Positions 1-12,763 of a stretch of DNA of 64,000 nt are shown one piece after another. Where the stretch lies: the NCBI GenBank assembly GCA_030390025.1, contig CM059438.1:70744001-70808000 (forward strand), given 5' to 3'. The position numbers and the translations under genes were made by a program. Every line of letters starts with the position of its first letter. The first letter of the stretch is position 1. This DNA is from Squalus acanthias (lineage: Eukaryota). The notes below the pieces were generated by a model that had not been told where the DNA came from, did not search any database, and was given only the letters and a program-made list of their open reading frames with translations.

Positions 1-380
1 TTTTTTTCTTCTTAAAACTTGCAGGTCCCTAATTAAGCCCCATCTGCAATTGGCAGGCTTGTAGAGGTACACGAAGGGTTTGCGACTGTCTGTTACCCAT
101 ATGTCTCGGAGAACATGTTAAACAGTCCAGCGAGATTTTACACATACTTCGTCCATCCAAAAAAGTTTTGTTTAGAAGCAGTGCCCATCAGGAAAGAGAC
201 TGTTTCTTCATGGTGTGTGTTTGATGGTTTGGTATGAAGGCAAAGTAAATCCTTGGAAATTACAGAACAGTGCAAATAAATTGGGATGCTTAAAGAGCAG
301 TTGCAACCTGACACTGTAGGTACACTGAAGGGATGCTAATTGTTATCAATTTTTGTATGTGAGGAGAGTGGTATATACTG

Positions 381-1117
381 TGGCCGGGATTTTCCAGGGC
401 CCATGACTGCGTACGCACCGTAAGTGCCCCGCAAGTTCCGGGTTTCCGCAGGCGCTGTGCATGCACGAAAACCCGGAACTTGCGATCTGTCAAGTTTCAG
501 CTTGACAGATCCTCCGCATCCCCGGGAAATGGACATTCGCTGGCGGAGAGTTGCGCTATTTGCCCAACTACTGTCCAGCAAATGCCCGTGAAACTCTTAC
601 GCCTGGTAAAAGCAGGCCTTCTTGTACCAGCGTAAGAGTTTAAATAAATAAAAAAAATTTTTTTAATTATTTAAACATTAAAAAAACTTTAAAATTAGTT
701 ATAGGTTATTTTTAGCCCCTTTAAAATTTTTATTTATTTTTCAAAAAATAAAATTTTTGTTTTAAATGTTTAATTTGATTGTATTTTAATTAATTTTGAG
801 CATGTAATGCCTTATTTTTATTTAACTGGTGTGTAATTTGTGTTTTTTAGGGGATTCCTATTCATGCTTCTGGGGAGTCCGTACGTAACTGGAATCCCCA
901 TAAGCATAATGGGGATCCCCCTTTTTGATTGGTTGGCTTGGCCCACGTGATCTCAGGGGCATGCGCCCCTGGGATACATGGGCCTTTACGCAGGCGTACG
1001 CGTAGAGGCCCAGGACCGCGAGTCTACGAACCTCCGGGACCATCAGGTAGGTTCGTACTTTTCTTGCGGTTCAAAGGCATTCACCCGTGAGCAGCCTCCG
1101 AACGCAAATTCCGGCCC
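381..1117. mobile_element. Non-autonomous DNA transposon (Harbinger-like MITE family A), copy 1
   Basis: Imperfect TIRs (TGGCCGGGATTTTCC ... GCAAATTCCGGCCC), AT-rich core and four internal hairpins. Collinear with 35875-36634. Confidence 0.75.
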
Positions 1118-2099
1118 AATATGAGATTGGAACGCTGCTGAGCCCCACCAAGCATTTTGAAGAGTTCTATTGTATTGTTTTGTCTTCGAGGTGATAATGT
1201 AAATAAAGCATAAATGCTGACCATCCTCCTTTTTTAAGTGGATGGTCAGCTTTTCAATGCATGTGTCAGCTTGTCAGCATTTCACAAGAAAAATCAGCTA
1301 TAAAAACGCATTGGGACGTTTTACTACCCTGAAGGCGCTATATGAATGCAAGTTGTTGTTGTATTTTCTCCGGGATTGGGTAAACCAATCAGATCAGTCG
1401 GTAAGTATAACTGGAGGCTGCAAGAACCAATCGGATCAGTTAGAGGGCAGAACTGTTGGCCGTTTGAACTAATTTTTCTCCCACTGTTAGTTGCACACAA
1501 ACTTGAGACATCTTAAGATAAGCTGATGGTTTCTGAGAGTCACAGATGTATTTATTTAGCGTTTGCTCCCAAAGAAGTTGTGTATAATATATAAGCTAAT
1601 AAAATGAAGCTTTTAAAAACTATCCCTGACCTTTCTGAGACATACTGTTCGCTTCTAGAGTAGTTGCAATAGCTGTTTTGAGAGATGGAAGATGTTCCCT
1701 GATTTGAATGCATTAACCAGCTTTATTGAACATTGCTGCCACTGACCTGATGGAATTGCCAGAGTTTGGAAATAAAGAAGAGTGGAGTAGAGACGGCGAT
1801 GAGCTTTACTTAATTTGAAGAAATTACACTGAGGTTCCCATAGCTAGGATTTTTCTACAGTTGTACCGTTGTGATGTGTGGTGTGAACCTTTGGAGTTGT
1901 TTCTGCGTGACATTCAGTGCCCGCTCGTGTTCTGTAACTTAGCTGTTTCCACTTTGTTTACGCACACTTTTTTTAATGCCCCACTATTCCTGGGGAGCAA
2001 CTGGGGAGGGAGCCCACATCACTTATGCTAGAGTGGTCAACATCTGTCAGCAAGTAGTGACATTAATAATTAACAAAAGTGTAATAGCCACTCCCAGAT

Positions 2100-2602
2100 T
2101 GGAAGAAATCAGTTGAATGCGCCTGAGAAATCTGCCTATTTCTGGAAGCCACATCCTTGTGCCCTTTACTCTGGGTTTTCCACCGACTTTCCGCCAAAGT
2201 GACAGGACACCGGGGAAACCCCGCGGAAAATCCGGGTGCCTATTATTTCTTCGTAGATCCCGGCCTAGATCCCCAGATGGCCCCACAGCCGCCAGTGGCC
2301 GCCGCCGCCAGCGAGGTATGCCATGCCTCACCAGGCGTACCTCTGCCAATCCTGCAGCCGACCCTTTAGATGCCCGGCGAAGCAGGAACTGCCGGCGTAG
2401 GGAAGTCTCGGCTCCGCTGACACCACTGGCCTTGTTTACAGCGGGGGGGGCGGGCAGTGGCTCTGCCCCCCACAAGGCCATCCCGGCAACGGCACCACAA
2501 GGCAGGTACCTGGATTGTGTTTCGATTCCAAGCCTCAGGCGGGGGGGCTCCTGTGGAGCTTACAATGGGAGTCCGCTGGAAGGGCCGCAGATTTTTGGAG
2601 CC
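2100..2602. mobile_element. Decayed GC-rich MITE-like element
   Basis: CpG-rich block ending GCAGATTTTTGGAGCC, resembling the termini of other Harbinger-like MITEs here. The left end is unclear. Confidence 0.4.
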
Positions 2603-3162
2603 AGTTTCTTTTTAGTTCAGTCAGGTTGCTGCAGTTCTTGTTCGCTGTGCCATTGCAATCTCCTTCCTGCTCATGTGCGCAGGTTGGCTGCTATGTCCAT
2701 CTGTCTTACAATGTTAAATAGCTGAGACTGTTTATTGGTAGTCTCCCTGTCATGTTTCGTTTTTGGTGCTGAAAATCATAGCCATACCTTTGTGCATTAA
2801 ATATTAATATGAAGTTAATGTTTCTCATTTAGATTATTGATAACCTGGTTTGTGTGTAGACTCAAAGCTGACAAGGATTCAGGGACTGCTTGTCCTTGTG
2901 TCTGATTAAATACATCATTCCCTTCTCCCACCCTAATTTTTAAGATGTTTTCTTCTTTTCTGTGTCCCTCTTCAAAACGTCACTTTTCCTCAACTGAGAG
3001 GATGGGGGCGACTAGCACTTAGACCTCTGCAGTTGAGTTTGTCACTAGAAATGTGACAAGAATAGAATAAGTTGATATATCTTCTGATTTGTCCACCTCC
3101 TCTGGACATAAATGCCCGAGACACCCCAACTGAGATTGGGCAACTGGCCTTTCTTCTCTTCA

Positions 3163-3545
3163 AGTGTCAGTTTTGCTCAGTTGGTAGTACTTTTACCTCT
3201 GAATCAGAAAATTTTGCATTTGAATTCCACTCCAAGACCTGAGATCATAATTTAGGTCAACACTACCGTGCAGCACTGAGGGAGCGATTTATTGTCGGAG
3301 CTGCTGGCCTTCAGATAAGACGTTAAACTGAAGTCCCACCTGCCTGTTCAGCTGGATGTTGTAGATACCGTGACACTATTTGAAAATGAACAGTGCATTC
3401 TGCTGGTGGGCAGGCCAACATTCCTCCCTCAATACCATCAAAAATAGATCAGTCTTCATCTCATTGCTGTTTGTGGGATCCTGCTGTGAGCAAAACTGCT
3501 GCCACATTTACCCATATAACAGTAACTGCATAATATAATTCACAA
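3163..3545 (+). mobile_element. tRNA-derived SINE (SacSINE1/DeuSINE-like), diverged
   Basis: A-box-like GCTCAGTTGGTAG head. Body similar to the copies at 30339, 34761 and 58950. Confidence 0.75.
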
Positions 3546-4594
3546 TTATGCCATCAGCATTTCGCAGTGACAGCAATTTGGGGACCGAATCAGTGTGTCA
3601 GCATCTGCTGCCAAAAATCAGCACAAACTAGGACCTCTCCCGCCCCCCCCAGTACGGCCACTCAGTCTTTCCCACTGCTCCCATCTGAGTTGGCTTGCTA
3701 AAGGAGCCCTTCCCTCCCAAATCACCACCCTTAATGGCAGTGATGGTCTTGCGAGGTATGGAATTTCCGTCGACAGTATACAGCAGCCGGAGTCTCTGAC
3801 CTCAGGAGCAGCGTAGAGGAGAGAGAAGCACTGATTTGGTCCAATAGCAGCCAAAACTCAGGAGGAACTGGGGTAGGGGAGTAGAATGGATGGTAATGAG
3901 TGGATGGCAGTGAAGGGGAGGGAAGGGGCAATCATGGCAATAAAGCATAAATGGGAAGAAATGAGAAGGAGTGGGAAGGGGGTAATGAAGGGAAGAGTGG
4001 ACAGAGAAATGAAGGAGAGAAACGGGGGCAGAAGCTGGGAGCAATGCTTTGGGTTGATAGAAGGAGGGTCATTAGATTTTTCCAGCAGAGAAGGAGACTA
4101 ATCGGTGCATCACGCCTATACTCACTCTCTAAAACAGCTATCCACTTCGTCCCATTCCCATTCCCCTGCCCTTTCTCCATTCAGCTTTTAATTTTCCCTT
4201 ATACAAATAGTTATCCATTTCCATTCTAAAAGCTGTTTTGAGTTCCAGAATGCAGGCATGAATTGAGGAGGAGTGGGCACAGAGACTGCCAGGGTGGACT
4301 GGGAAAGGGGGTTGGGGGGGAGGATGTGGGACCGTGAACGTTGAGGTAGCCTTGGGGAAATGATGACCTGGCTGGTCTGTTGAAAATCCATATAACACTG
4401 TTTTCTTTTATTTAAGCTTAAAAATCTGTTCATTGTGAACTATAAAATGCTTAAAATTAACACAGGAGCTGAAGATCCCGGGTTCTGCCAGGATCGCATC
4501 CACTAATGACCTCCAGCACTGAGCCCACAGTAGTTTGCAGCGTTATGGGAGGGCATCTCATTAGCATGGGACAGGTGAGCACAAGTGCCACTTC

Positions 4595-5060
4595 ATAGGA
4601 ACAGGAATAGGCCATTCAGCCCCTCAAGCCTGTTCCGCCATTCAATTTGATCATGGCTGATGTGCATTTTAACTCCATCTACCCGCCTTGGTTCCATATC
4701 CCTTAATACCCTTACCTAACAAAAATCTACCCAGCTCGGTTTTGAAATTTTCAATTGACCTAGCCTCAACAGATTTTCACTACCCTTATTGTGAGGAAGT
4801 GCTTCCTGACATTACCCCTGATTGGCCTAGCCATTAAGGTTATGTCCCCTTGTTCGGGACTCCCCCATGAGAGAAAATAATTTCTCTCTATCTATCCTCT
4901 CAATTCCTCTAATCATCTTAAACACCTCAATTAGATCACCCTTTAATCTTCTATACTCAAGAGAATAGAAGCCTAGTCTCTGCAACTTGTCCTCATAATT
5001 TAACCGTTTTAGCACCGGTATCATTCTGGTGAATCTGTGCTGCACCCCCTCCAAAGCCAA
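4595..5060 (-). mobile_element. CR1 LINE 3' fragment
   Basis: ORF 4827..5060 (ALEGVQHRFTRMIP...RLKGDLIE...SRTRGH) matches the CR1 ORF2 C-terminus. CR1-type 3' UTR. Confidence 0.85.
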
Positions 5061-6560
5061 GCTTCAAGGAACATCTCCGGTGCCTTCCTGTCCACGCCGG
5101 CCAGAAACTTTGACATCCGCCCACCTACCCATGTTTTCATGTTTTGTCACCCCCCCCCCGCCCTCCCCAACCAAGATCACTGGCCATGGTCTCAACGGTT
5201 CCTTGTGAAAGAGGCCGATCATGAAAAAAATGTAGCCTTTCTCTGGCCTGGATCCCACTGGTGGAGCCCACATTCGCCTTTTCTGGCAGCTGGTGCACCC
5301 CAACTTAATTGGTGTACCGGCTTTCATTGATATGTCAGGTCCCGACTGCCAAAGGAACGTGAACTTCTGGTGTCTCCACCTCTGGCTCTGTCCCCTTGCC
5401 ATCATTTGTAAGCAGCGAACAGAGGGTCTTATCCTTCAAAGGCAAATAGGAAACTCCCGTAAAAAAATGGAGACCTCTGTAATTTTTCAGGGTGGGGGGC
5501 GGTTCCGCTGGTTGTTCACTGCCATTATAGCTGGAGATCAGCAGAATCACTGAGGAATTTCTACCCCAGCATTTCTATTGTAAAAATTCTTCCAAGGGCG
5601 TATACCGTGGGTCCCTCGAGAAATGCAGCACCAATTTTGTACCTTCAACATGTGGATTTCCTTCTTCAGCCTTTCACATACTTATGCTTTTATTCCTCCA
5701 ATACAAGTGAAGGAATGTTGTGTGTGCCTATTGCTCAAGTTACAAAGCACATGCATCTGCTTGTTTTCACACATTGTAGGGCCATTCCTGTTGTATCAAT
5801 ATCAGCCGTTTTGAAGCTGCTGGTCAGCTTTTGCTAGTTTTCTAGATTGGTATGTAGGAACTCACTCTTTGTAAAGTGCTTTGGGACAATTCTGTGAGAC
5901 ATGATAAGGTGCTATATAAACGAATGGTCTATTTTCTTTCTCTCTCTTTACTCTTTTTTTTCATTATGTCCTCCCCAAGATGCTCTCCAATATGACACAT
6001 TGATCATATTGATTAGAAATCATTTTCCTTAGAAACACATGCCAGCTGTTAACTTAGATATCAACTACATTTGCGTCTAATCCAATAGCTCATTGGGTAA
6101 ATGCGCAGAGCCATGGACCATATTGACCACGAACGGCCCAATTCCAGGCCTATGCTGACTTACCTGGTCTCCAGCTGGCCAGCAGTGGGCTGCTCCAGTG
6201 TCTCAAAGTTATGAAGAGAAAAAGTGTCGAGAGTTCCCACATATGATTACTGTCCAGTGGAAAGTCTGCATGAGTGAACTTTCAGCGGGTGCTCCCCCCC
6301 CCACCATTCACAAGATAATTATGGATGAGGAGCGCAATTTGGCCCATTTGATTCATCCATCCAGAGATATTCTAATGGCCACTCAATAAAAGCATCTAAT
6401 TGTTCATTAAATGATTCGAGGATTTTTGCCTTCATTTGGTAGTTTATTACACAGGTTACTCTTTGTGTGGAGAAAAAATTCCTGATATCTGGCCCTAAAG
6501 TGCCCTACCCTAGTTTGAAACTGTCTCTAGCTCTGTTCCCGCAGTTTAATTTAAAGTAAT

Positions 6561-7256
6561 CTTCTCTTCTTAGGCAGTCCCTCGGAACCGAGGATGACTT
6601 GCTTCCACATTAAAAATGAGTTCTCAGATGACTGATGAGTCCAAAGTGGGACCTACAGTCTCTGTCACAGGTGGGGCAGACGGTGGTTGAAGGGGCAGGT
6701 GGGTGGGGTGCTTGGGTTGACGTGCGTTGCTTCCGTTTGGCTTCCGCTTGCTCCCGGCGAACAGACTCGAGGTGTTCAGCGCCTTCCCGGATGCTTTGTG
6801 CGATCTTGGGCCAGGGATTCCCAGGTGTCGGTGGGGATGTTGCACTTTATCAAGGAGGCTTTGAGGGCGTCCTTGAAGCGTTTCCTCTGCCCACCTGGGG
6901 CTCTCTTGCTGTGTCGGAGCTCCGAGTAGAGCGCTTGTTTTGGGAGTCTCGTATCGGGCATGCGGACGATGTGACCCGTCCATCGGAGCTGATCGAGCGT
7001 GGTCAAAGCTTCGATGCTGGGGACGTTGGCCTGAACGAGAACACTGACGATGGTGCGCCTATCCTGCCAATGGATTTGCAGGATCTTGCGGAGGCAGCGT
7101 TGGTGGTACCTCTCCAGTGCTTTGAGGTGCCTGCTGTACATGGTCCATGTCTCTGAGGCATACAGGAGGGCGGGTATCACTACTGCTCTGTAGACCATGA
7201 GCTTGGTGCCGGGTTTGAGGTCCTGGCCTTCAAACACTCTCTTCCTCAGGCAACCG
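6561..7256 (-). mobile_element. RTE-clade LINE, 5'-truncated, with 13-bp TSD
   Basis: ORF 6776..7237 (VYRAVVIPALLYASETW...QLRWTGHIVRMPDTRLPKQALY...GGQRKRFKD) is a typical RTE C-terminus. Perfect TSD AATTTAAAGTAAT at 6548-6560 and 7257-7269. Inserted in older CR1-like sequence. Confidence 0.9.
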
Positions 7257-7893
7257 AATTTAAAGTAATATTCTGTTTTTTTCTACACTCTTAACAATCT
7301 TATGTGCCTCTATACGATCATCTATGAGCCTCCTTTCTTGGCGGAGGTGCCCAAATTCCTTGGCACCCCAAAACGGGCACGATTGTGGCGGTGTGCTGGA
7401 ATGGAGAGGCTCAAGGATTGAAGTATCGATATCATTGCCTTGCTATTAAGTTAAATGTGGTACTTGTATAAATGGGGTTTATAAAAGGACTTCAATTGGA
7501 TACAAAGACAGGTGTGAGAACAAGTATAGCTTGTGACGGGAGTTGCAGGTATTTATGTAGAAGTTCCACCTTACACTGTAAGAGCTTTCATTCTATCAAA
7601 GTGCTTCTTATAAGTGAGATGACGTTGTTTTTTTCCTGTCTTTATTGCCCTGAATCAGGATTAATACTGTTTTTTGCACGAGGTGATGGTGTATTTTGTG
7701 TCGGGATTGGCTTCAGGAAGGAAGAAAACTGGGTGAATTCAGGATGAAGGGCAGCCAGAGACATTCATGGATTTTTGTAGATAGGATTTAGAATTTGTGA
7801 GGAGTTGCTGTTCCCCAGGCTCCCAGTGCGATACAGTTATTAAGATGAGCTACTTAACCTAGACTGGAGGAAGTGTTAACATAGGGTACTCCC

Positions 7894-8025
7894 CAAAGTT
7901 CCCTGTAATTTTTTGGGGGCCGCGCGGCCCCTTGAACAGGATGCGCGGCCGTTTCAAAATTTCAATTGAAAAGCCAGCTCACCGGCTGCACGGGTCCCCT
8001 AGAGCGCCGCTTAAAGGGAACATTG
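7894..8025. mobile_element. 132-bp hAT-type MITE
   Basis: TIRs CAAAGTTCCCTGTAA / TTAAAGGGAACATTG. 8-bp TSD GTACTCCC (7886-7893) / GTACTCGC (8026-8033). Confidence 0.8.
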
Positions 8026-9348
8026 GTACTCGCATGTACCTCTCAAATGACAGTTCAAGAGCAATCTTAGTCAAAATGGTGTATGATGGGGCTAAAACAA
8101 ATAAAGGCGGTGAAAAATATCGGGGAGGAAAATGAAAGGGGATTTGTGCTCTACTGTCATGGACATTTTAGCAGTTAACACATTAAAGCTTTAACAGTAA
8201 ACATCTGTTTTAGGAATCCAAAGGGTTGAATGTATTAGTATTTAATTCCCAGGCTCCCCTTGTAGCCCAGTGAGCATGAATTCCAAAACTATTCACGTAA
8301 TTCCTTATTGCTTACTACTCTCTAGGAATCTTGTGCATTTGACTTGATGAATAATGTTTCTGTTGTAGATCCTTTGCGTGGATTTCAGGGGGAATACTGT
8401 GGATTTCCAGTGGTGGTAAAATCAGGGAACTGATTGATGAAATGTAAATACCATCAAGCTGCAAATATATCCCACACTGGCAGCTCATTACCTCTATCCC
8501 ACGCTTGGAAACATTTGTTTATATAAGATAAATGGCTTCAGCCTACTCTTAAGGAAACAGTGTTCCTACCCTCTGACAGTTGTACTGTAAGCTGAAAGTT
8601 TTTTTCCTCCATTTTTCTAATTGTCTTTAAGACTCTTAATGCTTGCAAGCCAATTATTCAATGCACAAAACATGCTTTCAATTTAAAACATGAAGTGATT
8701 ACAATAACAAAAAGCCTATGACATGTGGCCGCACACAGAAAAACAGAACGAAACAAAAACAAAACACACACACACACGACTATTTATAAAGCACGAAAGC
8801 AGAGGAAAATAGACCTAATGCATTTCATCCCACTTGCACAAAATTAAAGAGAAAATGGCTGAGAGACCAGAACACATTTAACCTTTAACAAAATAATAGC
8901 CTGCAGGAGACCGAAAACGTCTTTAGAAATTCTGAACATTGTTTATTTTTTCTGTAAAAGATCTTAAGAATTCGGTTAAAAGAAAAATAAAGAAATGAGA
9001 AAAAGGATGACCCAATTTTCCCCCCTGCACAGGAACAGCCTGTGGAAATGCCAGAGTTACTTTGCATGATGCATGTCAAGAAGCTTTTGTTTGTCTGTGG
9101 TTATTTTAATTCATTTTCTTCATCCCTCTGTTGTTGTGTGTTTTTATTTTACCAGGGGAATCTCTGAGCTTTGCAGATGACCTTCTCTCAGGCCTGGGGT
9201 CCTCCTGCGTGGTGGTGGGGAAAAACCATGGGGTTGCCTCGGAAACGACCACGTACTCCTTAATTTTCAAGTGCCTGGAACCAGACAGCTTCTACAAGTG
9301 AGCAAAGACTAATAACACACAAGAACGTGCTCGTACACACGCACACAC

Positions 9349-9719
9349 TAGGGTTGCCAACTTTGGGTGGGTGCATTCCTGACGGTTTCACCACATGACC
9401 TCCTGCCTCGAACCGTCCCGCCCCCACACTCCCGTCATTGGTCCATCTCCAGGTGCCCTGCCTTCCCACACCAATTGGAAAGCGAACAGACTCTTTGTTA
9501 ACCGATTGGCTTAATCTCGACTGTTAGTCAAACAGTATTCTTTCCCCCATCTCCAATATCAGTAATTAGTTCTAAAAAAACAGTGTTCAAAGAAAATGGA
9601 AAAGCCCATTTGTTTTAATGCTTCTGTGATTTTTCTCCTGGGTTGCTTGCAGGAGTGTCCTGGAGATTAATTGTCAATTCCTGGAGACTCCAGGGCAATC
9701 CTGGAGGGTTGGCACCCTA
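9349..9719. mobile_element. hAT-type MITE
   Basis: TIRs TAGGGTTGCCAAC / GTTGGCACCCTA, subterminal CCTGGAG repeats, degenerate TSD ACGCACAC(AC) / AAGCACAC. Confidence 0.75.
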
Positions 9720-10720
9720 AAGCACACATTTTCAAACGGGATTTTTCAAAGGAATGTTTTGGTGGTGGTTTCAAACAAAATGTGTGGGTGGAAAATACCT
9801 CCAGAAACTGCTAACGGTTCTTGTATTAAATTGCAAGGAAATCTGGATTGTGAGTTACCGCTGTGAACTTGTGCAAACAGCTCGCTAACTCCAGCATTTT
9901 CCCCCGCCGTGGCTATTTTTCTTTACCAGGAAAGATGTTTTGTGGTTAGTTTGTTTTCCTTAGTACGGGAGTCTTTCAAAACTTGGCACGCTGTGTTTAA
10001 CACCTCCACAAGGTGCTTTTATTTTTCTTCACCCCTGTCAGTTGCGGAAGTCACAGCTGAACAAATTTCAATGTTACACTTTTGTGTTTATTCCTTTTGC
10101 TGCTGGTGGACTGGATTCCTTAGTGGTGTTTGACATGAGAAGGTTTGTGTTTGACGAGTCTCATGTTTGCATGCCAGTTTTCCCTATGTTTACAAATGAG
10201 TAAGTTCTCAACCACTCTTTGCCACGTCCAGATATAAAAACAACTCACTAACAATGGCCTTATTTTTCCTATTTCTTTTCTGTAGTTCACACTGGGACAT
10301 TTCCGTTCTTCTTTCTCGTTTCCTCATTGCCTCATCTTACTTACACACCACAAAGCCCATCAAGGTTTTGGAGTATTAAGCCATGGGGTTTAAGATTGTT
10401 GCTAGCTATTTGAAGGAAAGTGTGTGCCTTCTGATTCCTGGATGGTGAGCAGTGTAGAAAGTGATTCCTTTTGGAATGATTGCAATCAATATCTGAACTA
10501 ATTGAATTAGCAGAAAATTGGAAATAAATGCAGAAAGTATTTGAAGTATACAGCAGGACTGTCTTCTAGCTAAGAGTCTCCACCTGAACGACCTGCTCTG
10601 TATTTCTGTTTTTAATATTCCTGTAGATTGAATTTTGTTAAAACATCAAATTCAAAATGGTGATGTTGAAGGGACGGCATTGCTATATCAAGGGGTTTTG
10701 GAGCAGACTCGTATGTTGCT

Positions 10721-11384
10721 AAAGCTTGGTTTTAAACTTTAAGTACAACTTCATCTGTATGAGTGGCAGGACAAATTTATACAACTGCCGATTCTTACTG
10801 GTCGCATTGCAAGCTTTATTTTTTTTTATTGAAGCAGTGATAAGTAATTTGTAACATCAAACATAATAATATAAATGTATTACCGGTCACTATGTTGAAC
10901 ACTCTTCTGAATGCCTCAATTCTTCGCAGGCCATTTGGTGAGAGTACTCTTTACATCATCATCACTGCGTCCCTCTGTAATTTGGCTTGAATCTTGGAAG
11001 TGATATTCGAGCCTGATAGATTTTACGGCCTGTATTTCTGAAGTGAAAGTTTAGTGCTTGTCAATGATATAGAGCAGTTCAGGATACGCACAGGATAACT
11101 GAGGCTTCTGATTTTAGGGTTAAACCCAGTTAACCTGATTTTTCCCTCCCAAAAGACAAGTTTGGATTAAACCTGATGAGACCTGGAAATGTCATTGTTG
11201 GCGCTGCACTTCTGGTGTGATCGCACGTAGCTGCTTTTCCTGTTGGTGCAGCGAGCACTTCATCTACTCCCCAATATTTGATGGGCAGCATTGACGTACA
11301 GCTCACTTGCAGCTGCCCGTCTCTCCTATAAATGGCTGGGGAGGAAGTGCTGAGATCTAAAATGTTTTATTTCCTTTTAAATTG
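10721..11384 (+). repeat. Segment duplicated at 22658-23634 (copy 1, uninterrupted)
   Basis: High end-to-end similarity to 22658-22894 joined to 23215-23634. Confidence 0.95.
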
Positions 11385-11417
11385 TCTTTCTGATTTAAAC
11401 CTAAATCTTTCTGAATA

Positions 11418-11914
11418 CAGGAAACTCTTGTTTAACCGGCACCTAAATATCCGGAATTCTCTCTTAACCGTCAAAAATCCTACTCCGAAAACTCCTCTCA
11501 AATAACCGGCAATGTTGCCGAGTCAGAGTCCGAGTCTCCCGCGAACGCCGAGTTAGTCAGTGGGGGTAGTTCTCCAAAGTGCCACTACTCGGCCTCCTGG
11601 CGCTGTCCGAAGTCCGAACACTGCAGTAACAGGAGTCTGATTCTCCCGCGCTGCCAGGAGTCTCACTTACTGTTAAGTAATTAAAGAGTTATGGATTACC
11701 CTCAACTGGCAGTACTGTACTTAATCAAGCATCTTCCACCAACCATTTAACACAACATTCTGTAGGTGAGTAACCAAATACTGTATACTGCACATTTCTT
11801 GATTTTTTTATGTTAAAAATAGCCTCGGTAGATATAACTCTCCGTTATCCGGAAACTTTCGATCAACCGGCACCACGCCGGTCCCGTCGGTGCCGGATAC
11901 CAAAGAGTTTCCTG
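11418..11914 (+). mobile_element. Tc1/mariner-superfamily (pogo/Tigger-like) MITE, copy 1
   Basis: TIRs CAGGAAACTCTTGTTTAACCGGCACC / GGTGCCGGATACCAAAGAGTTTCCTG with TA on both sides. Closely similar inverted copy at 46291-46856. Confidence 0.9.
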
Positions 11915-11920
11915 TACAAG

Positions 11921-12763
11921 GGGGGGAATTTTGCCAGCCCTGGGGAGGTGGGTATGGAGGTGGGACTGCCGGGAAAATGGCAGAAACTGGGGGTGGGTAC
12001 CGAATCCGCTCCCAACCCGCCTCCGTAGCATCTTCCCGGGAGGCGGGTCCCCGACTCGCGCAGGGACCCATCTCCTCGAAGCGGGAAGGGGATTACAGCC
12101 AATTAACTGCCTGTTAACAGGTAGTTAACAGGCAGTTAAGAGGCTTATCCCCATTTTACGCCTGCAAGTGTGGGCTTCCCGACGGCTGCGAACCTCACCA
12201 GGGTCAGCGAGGCGAGCAGTGGGTCTGCGGGGGTGAGAGGGGTCAAAAAGTCCGCTGTGGAGGTGAGTGATGGGTGCAAGTGGGGAGAGGTAAGTATGAG
12301 AGGTGAGTGAAAAGTGTTAGAAAAAGTTTCCTTACCTTTGCTTCTTCCTGCAGGCTTTAACCCTTGGGGATCTGGAGGTGCCTCATCTCAATGTCAGAGA
12401 TGACAGAATGGCTACTGCATTCTCCGATGCAGCAGCCATCTGCTTTCAGCTAACGAGAGATGTTTGGTGAGTCTTCAGTACAAGGGCTAACCTTAGAACA
12501 GAGTTTGTCAGTGTTTGACAGCTTCTCAAAGCTGTCAAACGCTGACAATTCATCTGTCAAAAATTTTTGACAGATGAAACGTCATACACTGACGTCCTGT
12601 CACCGGCTTTCCCTTAATTGGCCGGCTAAGGCTGCAGGGCGGGCTTAACAAGGTCAATCAAGGGAAAATAGCGTGGGTTGGCCGGACGTCGTTGGGGGCG
12701 GGACTGAAACCCGACAATCAGCAGTCCCGCCCCCAATGTGTCCCCATTGATAAAATCCTGCCT
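11921..12763. mobile_element. Harbinger-like non-autonomous element (family B)
   Basis: TIRs GGGGGGAATTTT / AAAATCCTGCCT and 3-bp TSD AAG. Partial second copy at ~49950-50540. Confidence 0.8.

Noticed and set aside
2047..2725. 202-aa and 144-aa ORFs
   Set aside because: They lie in a GC-rich MITE-like block with few stop codons and show no recognisable domain.
3820..4240. Purine-rich then pyrimidine-rich tract as a G-quadruplex or regulatory element
   Set aside because: Low-complexity sequence, probably inside a decayed repeat. Nothing specific supports a function.
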